From an uncultured Nitrospira sp. (GTDB taxonomy: Bacteria; Nitrospirota; Nitrospiria; Nitrospirales; Nitrospiraceae), in the NCBI GenBank assembly GCA_964642845.1, contig CAZXRB010000001.1:19754-83753 (forward strand): a stretch of DNA of 64,000 nucleotides. The letters run 5' to 3'. Positions 1 through 11,583 of the stretch are shown here, in pieces. Numbering within the stretch: the stretch's first letter is position 1; the number at the start of each line of letters is the position of its first letter. The translations under genes and the position numbers were made by a program. The notes under the pieces were generated by a model that was not told the DNA's origin, searched no databases, and worked only from the letters and a program-made list of their open reading frames with translations.

Positions 1-533
1 GGCATCAGCGCATGGCACGGCCAAGCGGAGGGGATGTTTTGCGCCAGCAGAGTCCCCACTCGCGGGTTCACGGTTCTCAGGACATCGATGATCGCGGCGA
101 TATCGTTGACGGTGCTCGGCACGTCCTGCCCTTGGCACAGATCGTTGTGACCGAGGTGGATCAGGACAATGTCGGGTGACGCCGTGCTTGCCGTCCCAGT
201 CGACAACCGCGCCAGGACTTCATCTGCACGCCACCCCCAGTGCCCCTCATGATCCATATCGAAGTCGGGGTTCGCAGGCGGGCCGCCGTGCGCGCCGATT
301 TTCGATCCGACAAAATCGATCCGGTATCCGTCACGCTGCGCCAAATGCCAGAGGAAATAGCGGTAGGTCCACTGTCCGGCCGCGGATTCGGTGATGGAAT
401 CACCCACCGGCATGATTCTCGCTGTAGCCGCCGGTGGCGCAGGCGGATTGCCGGCGTCCTCCGAGCCGCATCCAGCCAAAGCCAGGCACATGGCGCCCCA
501 TAGAATCGTCTTGCTCGGACATCGGCATAGCAT
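1..533 (-). CDS. SGNH/GDSL-family hydrolase, probable lipoprotein; 3' part lies outside the window
   Basis: Own translation of a minus-strand frame that stays open from 533 down to base 1. It is absent from the ORF track because it has no stop in the window. It reads MLCRCPSKTILWGAMCLALAGCGSEDAG (lipobox LAGC), then IMPVGDSITES (SGNH block I GDS) and DIVLIHLGHND (block III GxND). Alternative ATG at 491. Confidence 0.6.
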   Translation of the reverse strand, partial: MLCRCPSKTILWGAMCLALAGCGSEDAGNPPAPPAATARIMPVGDSITESAAGQWTYRYFLWHLAQRDGYRIDFVGSKIGAHGGPPANPDFDMDHEGHWGWRADEVLARLSTGTASTASPDIVLIHLGHNDLCQGQDVPSTVNDIAAIIDVLRTVNPRVGTLLAQNIPSAWPCHALM

Positions 534-661
534 GCCACATTGCCGCACAGCAGGGGCGGAGATTCGGGCGACGAGCCCGGCCTTCACGGTTCACCGTGCA
601 AGAGTTCCGGAATGGACGACACTGGGCAGGCCCCTAGCGCAGAACGGCACGTTGGAACATG

Positions 662-1273
662 TCAGGTGGGACGAGGTGATTGGCCGATCTTGCTCTCCGT
701 CCCTTGCAAGAGCCGTTCAATGTTGCCTTTGTGCTTCAGCACAATGAGACCACTCATGATGACCGAGAACAGGACGAAGGCGACGGTGGGCTTCAACGCC
801 ACAGCGACCAACGGGAACAGCGCAAAGGCGGCAAGTGCGCCGCCGGAGGAATAGCGCCAGATCGCCACCGCCCCCAACCACGTCAGGAGCAGCATGAGGC
901 CGATCAGCGGCGCCACGCCGAGCACGGATCCCAGCGCCGTCGCCACGCCCTTGCCGCCGGCGAACCCGAGAAACGGTGAAAACAGATGCCCCAGAAACGG
1001 CGCCAGCGCCACGAGCAGAATAGCCCATTCATCGTGCAGCAAGTGCGTCGCCGCGAAGCCCATCACCCATCCTTTGCCCATGTCGCCGGCCAACGTCAGA
1101 ATCCCGGCCTGCTTGCCGGAGACTCGCAGCACGTTCGTGAAGCCGACGTTCTTGCTGCCGACCGTCCGCGGATCGGGCAGCCCCATGGCTCTGGAAACCA
1201 CGACTCCGAACGGAATGCCGCCGAGCAGATAGCCGGCGAGAGCGAGACCTGCCAGAACCAGACCGTTATCCAT
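662..1273 (-). CDS. plsY: Glycerol-3-phosphate acyltransferase PlsY
   Basis: 203 aa polytopic membrane protein. N-terminus GYLLGGIPFGVVVSR, GSKNVGFTNVLR and FLGFAGGKGVATALG are typical PlsY motifs. Confidence 0.9.
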   Translation of the reverse strand: MDNGLVLAGLALAGYLLGGIPFGVVVSRAMGLPDPRTVGSKNVGFTNVLRVSGKQAGILTLAGDMGKGWVMGFAATHLLHDEWAILLVALAPFLGHLFSPFLGFAGGKGVATALGSVLGVAPLIGLMLLLTWLGAVAIWRYSSGGALAAFALFPLVAVALKPTVAFVLFSVIMSGLIVLKHKGNIERLLQGTESKIGQSPRPT

Positions 1274-1329
1274 GGAGCTGTCTGATGAACCGCCGCGTCA
1301 CGCGTCACCCGTCACGCGTCATCGTTTTC

Positions 1330-1926
1330 CTACAGGCCCTTCGCCACCATCTGGTTCCAAAAGTTCCAGACGTATTTCGCGCCGGACACGTAGCTGAGCA
1401 CCAGAGAAAAATACAAGGTGACGATGCCGGGCAAATGGAGATTTCCCAGCGCCTCGGCGGCGGTGCCTTCGAGGATGAGCAAAACGATCGCCACGATTTG
1501 GAGGACCATCTTATACTTGCCCGTGGTTTCGGCCGAGATGATGATCCCTTCCCCGGCGGCAATGGCTCGTACGCCGGTGACCGCCACTTCGCGGGCGATG
1601 ATCAGGATCGCCACCAGCGCGCTGATTCGGTCGATATTGACCAACAAAATGAGCGCGGAGACCACCAGCAATTTATCGGCGATAGGGTCGAGCAGCTTCC
1701 CGAGGGCTGTGACTTGCCCGGATCTCCGCGCGAGATAGCCGTCGAGCCCGTCGGTCACCGCCGCGATGATGAACACCAAGGCGGCGATGAGAGCGCGATC
1801 CGGCGTCGGCGTGGCGAACAAGAGGACGAAGACCGGAATGAGCAAAATCCGGGTGAGCGTGAGGAGATTCGGCAGGTTCAGCGATTCCTGCCCGATTGTT
1901 TTCCAGACTTCAAGGACGCGGTGCAT
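1330..1926 (-). CDS. pgsA: CDP-diacylglycerol--glycerol-3-phosphate 3-phosphatidyltransferase
   Basis: CDP-alcohol phosphatidyltransferase signature DGLDGYLARRSGQVTALGKLLDPIADK. N-terminal LNLPNLLTLTRILLIP. Size 198 aa. Confidence 0.9.
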   Translation of the reverse strand: MHRVLEVWKTIGQESLNLPNLLTLTRILLIPVFVLLFATPTPDRALIAALVFIIAAVTDGLDGYLARRSGQVTALGKLLDPIADKLLVVSALILLVNIDRISALVAILIIAREVAVTGVRAIAAGEGIIISAETTGKYKMVLQIVAIVLLILEGTAAEALGNLHLPGIVTLYFSLVLSYVSGAKYVWNFWNQMVAKGL

Positions 1927-2071
1927 AGGATCGGTTGTACCTGATTATGCGGGCGACAAGCAAACGGAAGGGGCCACTTCGAGGACTGATCAACGAGGCG
2001 GTATGAGAGGAGAGGGAAGTGCCCAGATGTATCGCTCCACGGCCAGGAAGCAGCCCGGGGAAGCATTCCCC

Positions 2072-3097
2072 CTAAACGATGCCGTTCTTCAGCAAGTCAT
2101 GCAAGTGGAGCACCCCGCGGACATGGCCCTCGCCTTCCGTCACGACGAGCGTCGTAATGGAAAACCGCTCCATGATCTCCACGGCCTTGGCGGCCAGCGT
2201 CTCGGGCGCGATCGTCTTGGGGTTCCGGGACGCCAGTTCCCCTGCCGTGGCTCTGGCGAAATCGCCGCCCCGTTGGATGAAGCGGCGCAAGTCGCCGTCG
2301 GTGATGACGCCGGCCAGCCGGCCCCGCCGATCCACCACGGTCGTCATGCCCAGCTTCTTGGCGGTCATCTCGAGGATCGCCGCCGTGCCGGCCACGGTGT
2401 CGCCGACTTGCGGCACATCGGGACCGGTGTGCATGAGGTCTTTCACCCGCACAAGCAGGCGGCGCCCCAATGTGCCGCCGGGATGAAACTGCGCGAAATC
2501 CTCTTCCTTGAACCCACGCTTTTGCAGCAGGGCCACGGCCAACGCGTCGCCCAGGGCCAAGGTCGCCGTCGTGCTCGCCGTCGGCGCCAATCCCATCGGA
2601 CAGGCCTCCTCGGCCACGGACACATCCAAGACGACATCGCTGTTTTTTGCGAGCGTGGAATTCAGGCGGCCGGTGAGCGAGACGATCGGGATGCCCATCC
2701 GCTCGACGTACGGCAGCAACTGCAAAAGTTCCTGCGTTTCACCGCTGTTGGAGATCGCGATGAGCGTGTCGCGGCGGGCCAACATGCCGAGATCGCCGTG
2801 CACCCCTTCCGCCGGATGGAGGAAAAAGGACGACGTGCCGGTGCTGGCCAATGTCGCGGCGATCTTTTGCCCGATCAGCCCCGACTTCCCCATCCCGGAC
2901 ACGACGACCTTGCCTTGGCATTGCGCCAGCAGATCCACCGCTTGGTCGAACCGCTGATCGAGCCGGTCGATCAATGCCCGCACGGCGCGCGCTTCGATCT
3001 CCAGCACCCGCCTGCCCTCGGCCAGACTGGCCATGCCCTTCACGGGCTTGGCCGCCGGCGTGGCGCCTCTTAGCTGCGTGGTTTTGCCGCGTCGCAT
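2072..3097 (-). CDS. kdsD: Arabinose-5-phosphate isomerase (KpsF/GutQ/KdsD family; SIS domain plus tandem CBS domains)
   Basis: SIS motif [24 protein letters not shown], with CBS-pair-like C-terminus (VKDLMHTG...[19 protein letters not shown]...[20 protein letters not shown]). The 439-aa track ORF is a 5' over-extension into kdsA. ATG at 3097 or 3034 are the realistic starts. Confidence 0.85.
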   Translation of the reverse strand: MRRGKTTQLRGATPAAKPVKGMASLAEGRRVLEIEARAVRALIDRLDQRFDQAVDLLAQCQGKVVVSGMGKSGLIGQKIAATLASTGTSSFFLHPAEGVHGDLGMLARRDTLIAISNSGETQELLQLLPYVERMGIPIVSLTGRLNSTLAKNSDVVLDVSVAEEACPMGLAPTASTTATLALGDALAVALLQKRGFKEEDFAQFHPGGTLGRRLLVRVKDLMHTGPDVPQVGDTVAGTAAILEMTAKKLGMTTVVDRRGRLAGVITDGDLRRFIQRGGDFARATAGELASRNPKTIAPETLAAKAVEIMERFSITTLVVTEGEGHVRGVLHLHDLLKNGIV

Positions 3098-3921
3098 ATG
3101 CGCAGAACCCGTTCGAGCAAGGCTTTTAGTTGATGCACCGGCACCATGTTCGGACCATCGGACAGGGCCTCGTCGGGATTGGGATGCACTTCCATGAAGA
3201 ATCCATCCACTCCGGCGCCCGCCGCCGCGCAGGCGAGCGGCTCGACGAATTCGCGCTGGCCGCTGGACGTCGTGCCCCCGCCGCCCGGCAATTGCACGCT
3301 GTGGGTTGCGTCGAACACGACGGGATACCCGAAGCGTCGCATGATGGGGAACGACCGCATGTCGACGACCAGATTGTTGTAACCGAAGCACGCACCCCGT
3401 TCAGTCAGCACGATCTTTCGGCTGCCGCATTCCTCAATCTTTTTGACCGCGTTGCCCATGTCCTGTGGCGACAGGAACTGGCCCTTCTTCACGTTCACGA
3501 CTTTGCCGGTCTTGGCCGCGGCGATTAGCAGATCGGTCTGGCGGCAGAGAAAGGCGGGGATCTGCAAGATATCCACGACCGCGCCGGCCTGTGCGGCTTG
3601 CTCCTCGGTGTGCACATCGGTGAGCACCGGAAGCCCCAAGTGATCCTTCACCTGTTTGAGAATCGCCAAGCCCTTGTCGATGCCCGGTCCTCGGAATGAT
3701 GTGATCGACGTGCGGTTGGCCTTGTCGAAGGATGACTTGAACACATACGGCATGCCGAGGACCCCGGTGATCTCCGCGATCCGCCCCGCCGTCTCCATCA
3801 CCACCTGCTCGCTCTCGATCACGCAAGGCCCGGCAATCAAAAACGGCCGGTGCCCGGCGCCGACCTTGAACGAGCCTATCTGGACTTCATGGGCCATATC
3901 CGCGTAATGCTGAATGTTCAA
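3070..3921 (-). CDS. kdsA: 2-dehydro-3-deoxyphosphooctonate aldolase (KDO-8-phosphate synthase)
   Basis: [25 protein letters not shown] and [12 protein letters not shown] motifs. The track start at 3921 is a TTG. The ATG at 3897 ([10 protein letters not shown]...) is an equally good start. Confidence 0.9.
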   Translation of the reverse strand: MNIQHYADMAHEVQIGSFKVGAGHRPFLIAGPCVIESEQVVMETAGRIAEITGVLGMPYVFKSSFDKANRTSITSFRGPGIDKGLAILKQVKDHLGLPVLTDVHTEEQAAQAGAVVDILQIPAFLCRQTDLLIAAAKTGKVVNVKKGQFLSPQDMGNAVKKIEECGSRKIVLTERGACFGYNNLVVDMRSFPIMRRFGYPVVFDATHSVQLPGGGGTTSSGQREFVEPLACAAAGAGVDGFFMEVHPNPDEALSDGPNMVPVHQLKALLERVLRICDAAKPRS

Positions 3922-3951
3922 TGCTCAATGATCAATTGAACATTGGCTCCC

Positions 3952-5553
3952 CTACTGCCCCAACTTTCGCCGCAACGCCGCCCCGATAAACCCGCTGAAC
4001 AACGGATGGGGGTGGTGCGGCCGCGAATGGTACTCCGGATGGAACTGGGTCGCCAGGAACCAGGGGTGGTTTTTCAGCTCGATGATCTCCACCAGCCGGC
4101 CGTCGGGTGACAGCCCGCTCAGCACCAGTCCCTTGGCGGTCAACTGGTCTCGATAGGCGTTGTTGAATTCGTAGCGGTGGCGATGGCGCTCGCGGACTTC
4201 GCTCACGCCGTACATCTTCTGCGCCAACGTGCCTTCGCCGAGCTTGCAGAGGTACGCGCCGAGCCGCATGGTCCCGCCCTTGTCACTGATCCCCTGCTGG
4301 TCGGACATCAGATGGATGACGGGATGCGGCGAGTGCTCGTCGAATTCCGCACTGTTGGCCCCCGCGAGCCCGGCGACGTTCCGCGCGAACTCGATCGTGG
4401 CACACTGCATGCCGAGACACAGGCCAAGGAACGGCACGTGCCGCTCCCGCGCATAGCGGATGGTGGTGATCTTGCCTTCGATGCCCCGCGCGCCGAAGCC
4501 GCCGGGAATCAGAATGCCGTCGGCCTCCCGGAGAATGCGTTCGGTACCCTGCCGTTCGATGTCTTCGGATTCGATCCAATTGATATTGACCCGCGTCTCA
4601 TGGTCGATGCCGCCGTGCACCAACGCCTCGGCCAAGCTCTTATAACATTCCTTCAGGCCCGCATACTTTCCGACCAGCGCGATGCTCACCTCGTGCTTGG
4701 GATGCTTGATCTTCTGCACCATCGCATCCCACTCGCGCAGATTGGGCGGCCCGGTTTCCAGATGCAGTTGGCGGACGATCAATTCATCCAAGCCTTCCTT
4801 GCGGAAGACGATCGGGACTTCGTAGATCGTATCGACGTCCTTCGCCGTGATGACCGCGTCCTTCTCCACGTTGCAGAACATCGCGATCTTGCCCTTGAGC
4901 TCCGGCGGCAGATACCGGTCGGTCCGGCACAGGAGAATGTTGGGCTGGATACCGATCTCGCGCAGCTTGTTGACCGAGTGCTGCGTCGGCTTGGTCTTGA
5001 GCTCCCCCGCCGCGCCGATGTAGGGCACCAGCGTGAGATGCACGTACAGCACGTTCTCGCGCCCGACGTCGTAGGGCATCTGCCGGATCGCCTCGAGAAA
5101 CGGCAAACTTTCGATGTCGCCCACCGTGCCGCCGATCTCCACGATCGTGACGTCCATCCCCTTCGAGATCCGCATGATGCATTGCTTGATCTCGTCGGTC
5201 ACGTGCGGCACGACTTGGACCGTCCCGCCCAGATAATCGCCGCGCCGTTCTTTCGTGATGACGGAATGATAGATCCGGCCGGTCGTGTAGTTGCTCTCTT
5301 TCGTGAGATTGAGCGACGTGAATCGCTCGTAATGGCCGAGGTCCAGGTCCGTCTCGGCGCCGTCGTCCGTCACGTACACTTCGCCGTGCTGGTAGGGATT
5401 CATCGTGCCCGGGTCGACGTTGATGTAGGGATCCAGCTTGAGGAAGGTGATCTTCAGCCCGCGGCTTTCCAGTAAATTGCCGATCGAGGCCGAGGCGAGC
5501 CCCTTGCCCAGCGACGACACCACGCCGCCCGTGACAAAAATGAACTTGCTCAT
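3952..5553 (-). CDS. pyrG: CTP synthase
   Basis: [19 protein letters not shown]-terminus and glutamine amidotransferase LGLCLGMQ...HRHRYE. Start set at the ATG of MSKFIF (5553), not the 14-codon extension in the track. Confidence 0.95.
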   Translation of the reverse strand: MSKFIFVTGGVVSSLGKGLASASIGNLLESRGLKITFLKLDPYINVDPGTMNPYQHGEVYVTDDGAETDLDLGHYERFTSLNLTKESNYTTGRIYHSVITKERRGDYLGGTVQVVPHVTDEIKQCIMRISKGMDVTIVEIGGTVGDIESLPFLEAIRQMPYDVGRENVLYVHLTLVPYIGAAGELKTKPTQHSVNKLREIGIQPNILLCRTDRYLPPELKGKIAMFCNVEKDAVITAKDVDTIYEVPIVFRKEGLDELIVRQLHLETGPPNLREWDAMVQKIKHPKHEVSIALVGKYAGLKECYKSLAEALVHGGIDHETRVNINWIESEDIERQGTERILREADGILIPGGFGARGIEGKITTIRYARERHVPFLGLCLGMQCATIEFARNVAGLAGANSAEFDEHSPHPVIHLMSDQQGISDKGGTMRLGAYLCKLGEGTLAQKMYGVSEVRERHRHRYEFNNAYRDQLTAKGLVLSGLSPDGRLVEIIELKNHPWFLATQFHPEYHSRPHHPHPLFSGFIGAALRRKLGQ

Positions 5554-5602
5554 AGCTGTCCCCCTGTGTGGCGACCGCATGACTCGGATGCGCATGGCGT
5601 CA

Positions 5603-6403
5603 TCACCGGCTCGGCACCGCCCGTCCGAGGCTCAACTCGCGCTTGAGCGCTTCGAATTGCTGCAACTTCTCCGCGACCGATTCCACATCGTCCGGCGTAT
5701 CGACCCGCAGCGACGCATGTGTGGTTTCCCACACGCGAATCCGCATGCCCTGCTCCAAGCCGCGCAATTGCTCCAGCTTCTCGGCATCCTCCAACGGGCT
5801 CGTCGGCAAGGCGGCGAACCGCAGCAGGCTGTCTTTCGTGAACATATAGATCCCGAGATGGATATAGTGCAGGCCGACGACCGCCCGCCGGTCGCGGTCG
5901 TCCCGCACGAGCGGGATCGGCGCGCGTGAAAAATATAGGGCGTGTCCTTTGGCATCGGTCGTCACTTTGACGATGGCCGGATTGCTCAAGTCGTCCCCCG
6001 CGTCCATCGCGCGCTTCAGCGTCCCGATGTCCGCGCCGCTCTGCATAAACGGCTCAATCAAATCGGTCAACAGATCCGGATTCAGCGGAATCTCGTCGCC
6101 CTGCAGATTGACGAAGAAATCGCCGGCGAACATGCGGGCCACCGCCGCCACGCGGTCCGTCCCCGTCCGATAGTCGCCGGTGACCATGAGGGCTCGCCCG
6201 CCGAACTGCTCCACGGCCTGCTTGATTCGATCATCGTCTGTGGCCACGAGCACGTCGGACACGGCGCGGCAGGCTACCGCCCGTTCGTACACGTGCTGGA
6301 TCATCGGCTTGCCGACGAGCTTGACCAGCGGCTTCCCGGGAAAGCGGGATGAGCCATAGCGGGCCGGAATCACCACGGTGACGGAGCGCCGATGCTTGTT
6401 CAT
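5603..6403 (-). CDS. kdsB: 3-deoxy-manno-octulosonate cytidylyltransferase (CMP-KDO synthetase)
   Basis: [18 protein letters not shown]-terminal motif and overall KdsB length. Adjacent to pyrG/kdsA/kdsD. Confidence 0.9.
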   Translation of the reverse strand: MNKHRRSVTVVIPARYGSSRFPGKPLVKLVGKPMIQHVYERAVACRAVSDVLVATDDDRIKQAVEQFGGRALMVTGDYRTGTDRVAAVARMFAGDFFVNLQGDEIPLNPDLLTDLIEPFMQSGADIGTLKRAMDAGDDLSNPAIVKVTTDAKGHALYFSRAPIPLVRDDRDRRAVVGLHYIHLGIYMFTKDSLLRFAALPTSPLEDAEKLEQLRGLEQGMRIRVWETTHASLRVDTPDDVESVAEKLQQFEALKRELSLGRAVPSR

Positions 6404-7470
6404 GTGCCCAACGCGTCGCTAAGCTGCTTCGGCGTGACCGTCGCCGTGCCGACCATTCCGACCACAATCCCGGCGGCATGATTGGCCAGGATCGCCCCGT
6501 CCTTCATACTGGCCCCGGTGGACAGGGCCAACGCCAGCGTCCCGACGACCGTGTCGCCGGCGCCGGTCACATCATAGACCTGGCGCGCCTGGGTCGGCAG
6601 ATGCCAGGACGCGCCGTCGCCCTCGTAGAGGCTCATGCCCTTTTCGCCTCGCGTGATCAGCACCGACTGGCAGCCCAACCGCTGGCGGATCATCATGCCG
6701 GCTTCGTTGATGGTCGCGTCGTCGTCCCCGTGCACGCCGGCGGCTTGCGTGGCCTCCAGATGGTTCGGCGTGATGACGGTCACGCCTTTATAGAATCCGA
6801 AATGCTCGACCTTGGGGTCCACCACCACCGGAATGCGGCGCAGCGAGGCCAGCCGCGTGATCTCGGACATCAACGCGGCGGTGATGACGCCCTTGGCATA
6901 GTCGGAGACGACGATACAGGAGAGCTCGCGCAGGCGCGATTCGACGTAGCGGAGAATGCGGCGCTGCAGCGGCGGTTTCAGTTCCTGGCGGCCCTCGATA
7001 TCGTACCGGACGATCTGCTGGTTGTGCGCGATGACCCGGCTCTTTCTGGTGGTCGGGCGGTCATGATCGATCACGACGCCGCCGCGGCCGGACCGTTTGC
7101 TGCCCAGCTCCTTCAGCAGCAGCCGCCCGCTTTCGTCGGCTCCGATGACCCCGCACAGGTCCGCCTTGCCGCCCAAGGCCAGAATGTTGTTGAACACGTT
7201 GGCCGCGCCGCCCAAGCGGAGGGACTCGGACTCGACGTGCACGACCGGGACCGGCGCTTCGGGAGAAATGCGGCTGACCCGGCCCATCACATAATGATCG
7301 AGAATCAGGTCGCCCACGACGAGCACGGAGGCCTGGGGGAACCGCTGGACGTACTGCCGCAACGCCTTGGGCGCCGGCTTCTGCGCCGAATCCTTCCCCG
7401 CCTCGCTCGCTCCCACCGCCGCCCCCTTCGTTACCGGATGGCCTTGCCGAACCGCTCCCACCGCACCCAT
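6400..7470 (-). CDS. hldA: D-glycero-beta-D-manno-heptose-7-phosphate kinase (RfaE domain I type, PfkB family)
   Basis: VLVVGDLILDHYVMGRVSRISPEAPVPVV, LGGAANV and C-terminal TGAGDTV ribokinase-like motifs. The start is uncertain: the track ORF reaches 7554 but overlaps lepB, and ATG at 7470 is used here. Confidence 0.8.
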   Translation of the reverse strand: MGAVGAVRQGHPVTKGAAVGASEAGKDSAQKPAPKALRQYVQRFPQASVLVVGDLILDHYVMGRVSRISPEAPVPVVHVESESLRLGGAANVFNNILALGGKADLCGVIGADESGRLLLKELGSKRSGRGGVVIDHDRPTTRKSRVIAHNQQIVRYDIEGRQELKPPLQRRILRYVESRLRELSCIVVSDYAKGVITAALMSEITRLASLRRIPVVVDPKVEHFGFYKGVTVITPNHLEATQAAGVHGDDDATINEAGMMIRQRLGCQSVLITRGEKGMSLYEGDGASWHLPTQARQVYDVTGAGDTVVGTLALALSTGASMKDGAILANHAAGIVVGMVGTATVTPKQLSDALGT

Positions 7471-8188
7471 TCCGTCCAGTTGCCCTGTCCGCTCCAGGAC
7501 CAATAGATGCGGAACGCCTTGCCGCGGATTTTCTCTTCGCGCACGAAGCCCCAAAAGCGGCTGTCCAGGCTTTGATCGCGGTTGTCGCCCATCACGAAAT
7601 AGGCCCCCTCCGGGACCGTGACGGGGCCGAAATTATCGCGCGGATTGATCGTGCTGTCGATGATGCCCGGATCGATGCGCTGCGTAAAGGCCTTGTCGTC
7701 GAGCGGCTCGCCGTTCACGAACACGACCTTGTTCCGCACCTGCACCGTGTCGCCCGGGAGCCCGACGATGCGCTTGATGAAGTCCTTTTCCTCGTCTTCC
7801 GGAAACCGGAACACGATGATGTCGCCGCGCTGCGGCTTGCCGAACGCCACGAGCGTCTTCGACGCGTAGCAGTTGACCGGGGGAACATTCCACTGGAGCT
7901 TGCAGTCGGTGGGCCACTGAATGCCGTAGGAAAGCTTGCTCACGAGGATGTGATCGCCGATGAGCAGAGTCGGAATCATGGAGCCGGAGGGAATCTTGAA
8001 GGCTTGCACCACGAAGACCCGGATGGCGAACGCAAGCAGCATGGCGACGACGATCGCTTCCGCGTACTCCCGGATAACCGACTTGCGCCCCACGCGGCCG
8101 GCGCTGTCGGCCGCCAGGGAGACGGATCCCGGTTCGCCGGCATGCGAGCCGCTCACCTTGTCCAGGTTGGGCTGATTGGGATCGAGGC

Positions 8189-8192
<4 letters not shown>
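7431..8192 (-). CDS. lepB: Signal peptidase I
   Basis: Catalytic Ser box [16 protein letters not shown], Lys box KRIVGLPGD, and [16 protein letters not shown]. 4-nt overlap with the lepA stop. Confidence 0.9.
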
Positions 8193-9988
<1,796 letters not shown>

Positions 9989-10018
9989 ATCCTGCTCATT
10001 CCTGTGAAAAATCGGTTC

Positions 10019-10047
10019 ATTATAGTAACTGGCCCCGAGGTTGTCAA
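10019..10047 (-). promoter_or_regulatory. Sigma-70-type promoter for lepA-lepB (TTGACA-N17-TATAAT)
   Basis: The minus strand reads TTGACA (10047..10042), a 17-nt spacer, then TATAAT (10024..10019). This is a perfect consensus about 30 nt upstream of the lepA start. Confidence 0.6.
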
Positions 10048-10069
10048 AGAAATGGTCCCCCCGTATAAT
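10041..10069 (+). promoter_or_regulatory. Sigma-70-type promoter for bioA (TTGTCA-N17-TATAAT)
   Basis: The plus strand reads TTGTCA (10041..10046), a 17-nt spacer, then TATAAT (10064..10069). Its -35 overlaps the lepA -35 on the other strand. Confidence 0.55.
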
Positions 10070-10206
10070 CCGCGCCGCACTGCGCCCACACCATCGATCG
10101 GAGCATATGGCTTATAGCTTATGGCATGACGGTGAAGCAGTCGTTTTTCGTTCTGCTTCCGCCATACGCGATACGCCATAAGCTCATCTGCAGCAGCGCG
10201 TTTGCC

Positions 10207-11583
10207 ATGGCACAGAAAGCCTCCACACGACAGTTAGCGGAATGGGATCGCAAGCACCTCTGGCATCCTTTCACCCAGATGCGGGAGTGGGAGCGGGAGG
10301 AGCCGCTCATTATCGAGCGCGGGAAGGGCTCCTACCTCATCGACACGGAAGGCCGCCGCTACCTCGACGGCACGTCGTCGATCTGGGTCAACATCCATGG
10401 CCACCGGCATCCGGTCTTGGACCGGGCGCTCAAACAACAGCTCGACAAGATCGCCCATTCCACGCTGCTGGGCCTTTCCCATCCGCCGGCCATCGAGCTG
10501 GCCCGCGAGTTGATCCGCATCGCGCCGCCCGGATTGACGCGCGTCTTCTATTCGGACGACGGTTCGACCGCGGTGGAGGTCGCCCTCAAGATGGCCGTCC
10601 AATACTGGCAGCAGCGGCATCCCGATGCCGGCCCCAAGCGGACCTTTCTCCATCTCAAGCTCGCCTACCACGGGGACACGATCGGCGCGGTCAGCGTCGG
10701 CAACATCGAACTGTTCCACGCACGGTTCAAACCCCTGCTCTTTCCGACGCTGGAGGCCGATCCGCCCTACTGCTATCGCTGTCCGCTGAAGATGACCTAT
10801 CCCTCCTGCAAGATGGCCTGTATCGAGCCGATCGAGCAGATGTTGAAGGAGCACCATCGGGACTTGGCCGGCTTCATCATCGAGCCGCTGATGCAGGCGG
10901 CGGCCGGCATGATCGCGCAGCCGCCCGGCTATCTCAAGCGAATCCGCGAGCTCTGCACAGAGCACAAGGTTCTCCTCATCGCCGACGAGGTGGCCACCGG
11001 TTTCGGCCGGACGGGAACCATGTTCGCGTGCGAACAGGAAGGCGTGACACCGGATCTCCTGGCCATCAGCAAAGGGCTGACCGGCGGGTACCTGCCGCTG
11101 GCGGCGACGCTCACGACCGAAGACATCTATCGGGCCTTCCTCGGGACGTACGAGGAGTTCAAGACGTTCTTTCACGGGCACAGCTACACGGGCAATCCGC
11201 TTGGCTGCGCGGTGGCGCTCGCGAATCTCGAGGTCTTTCGCCGCGAGCGGAGGCTGAAATCCGTGAAGGACAAGACCCGCTTCGTCACACAGCTCCTTGC
11301 TCCCCTCGCCGAACACCCGCATGTCGGCGACATCCGCCAACGGGGCATGATGGTGGGTTTCGAATTGGTTCGAGACAAGCAGCGCCGAGCGCCCTATCCC
11401 CTCACCGTACGAATCGGCCATCGGGTGGCGGCCGCGGCGCGCGCCAAAGGACTTCTGATCAGGCCGCTGGGCCACGTCCTCGTGCTGCTTCCGCCGTTGT
11501 CGGCCACGAAGGAGGAGCTGGCCGCGATGATCGACATCCTGAGCCAGGCGATCGACGCCGAGACACGCTCTGTGCCGGCATGA
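10207..11583 (+). CDS. bioA: Adenosylmethionine-8-amino-7-oxononanoate aminotransferase
   Basis: MAQKASTRQLAEWDRKHLWHPFTQM N-terminus as in BioA. Class-III aminotransferase motifs ADEVATGFGRTG and SKGLTGGYLPL (PLP lysine). Start set at ATG 10207, not the upstream ATG at 10126. Confidence 0.9.
   Translation: MAQKASTRQLAEWDRKHLWHPFTQMREWEREEPLIIERGKGSYLIDTEGRRYLDGTSSIWVNIHGHRHPVLDRALKQQLDKIAHSTLLGLSHPPAIELARELIRIAPPGLTRVFYSDDGSTAVEVALKMAVQYWQQRHPDAGPKRTFLHLKLAYHGDTIGAVSVGNIELFHARFKPLLFPTLEADPPYCYRCPLKMTYPSCKMACIEPIEQMLKEHHRDLAGFIIEPLMQAAAGMIAQPPGYLKRIRELCTEHKVLLIADEVATGFGRTGTMFACEQEGVTPDLLAISKGLTGGYLPLAATLTTEDIYRAFLGTYEEFKTFFHGHSYTGNPLGCAVALANLEVFRRERRLKSVKDKTRFVTQLLAPLAEHPHVGDIRQRGMMVGFELVRDKQRRAPYPLTVRIGHRVAAAARAKGLLIRPLGHVLVLLPPLSATKEELAAMIDILSQAIDAETRSVPA

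Noticed and set aside
10106-10184. The bioA-leader inverted repeats, considered as a BirA/BioR/BioQ operator.
   Set aside because: The repeats lie +30 to +110 relative to the predicted promoter instead of overlapping it. They do not match the operator consensus sequences I remember (e.g. BioR TTATMKATAA). The element is kept as an RNA-structure candidate rather than a named operator.
10242-11579. 5' two-thirds of the 845-aa ORF 10242..12779, overlapping bioA in another frame.
   Set aside because: Only the part from ATG 11580 (MTTCDVLVIGGG...) looks like a real protein (LhgO-like). The upstream part is Arg/Pro/Gly-rich read-through, and bioA occupies that DNA.
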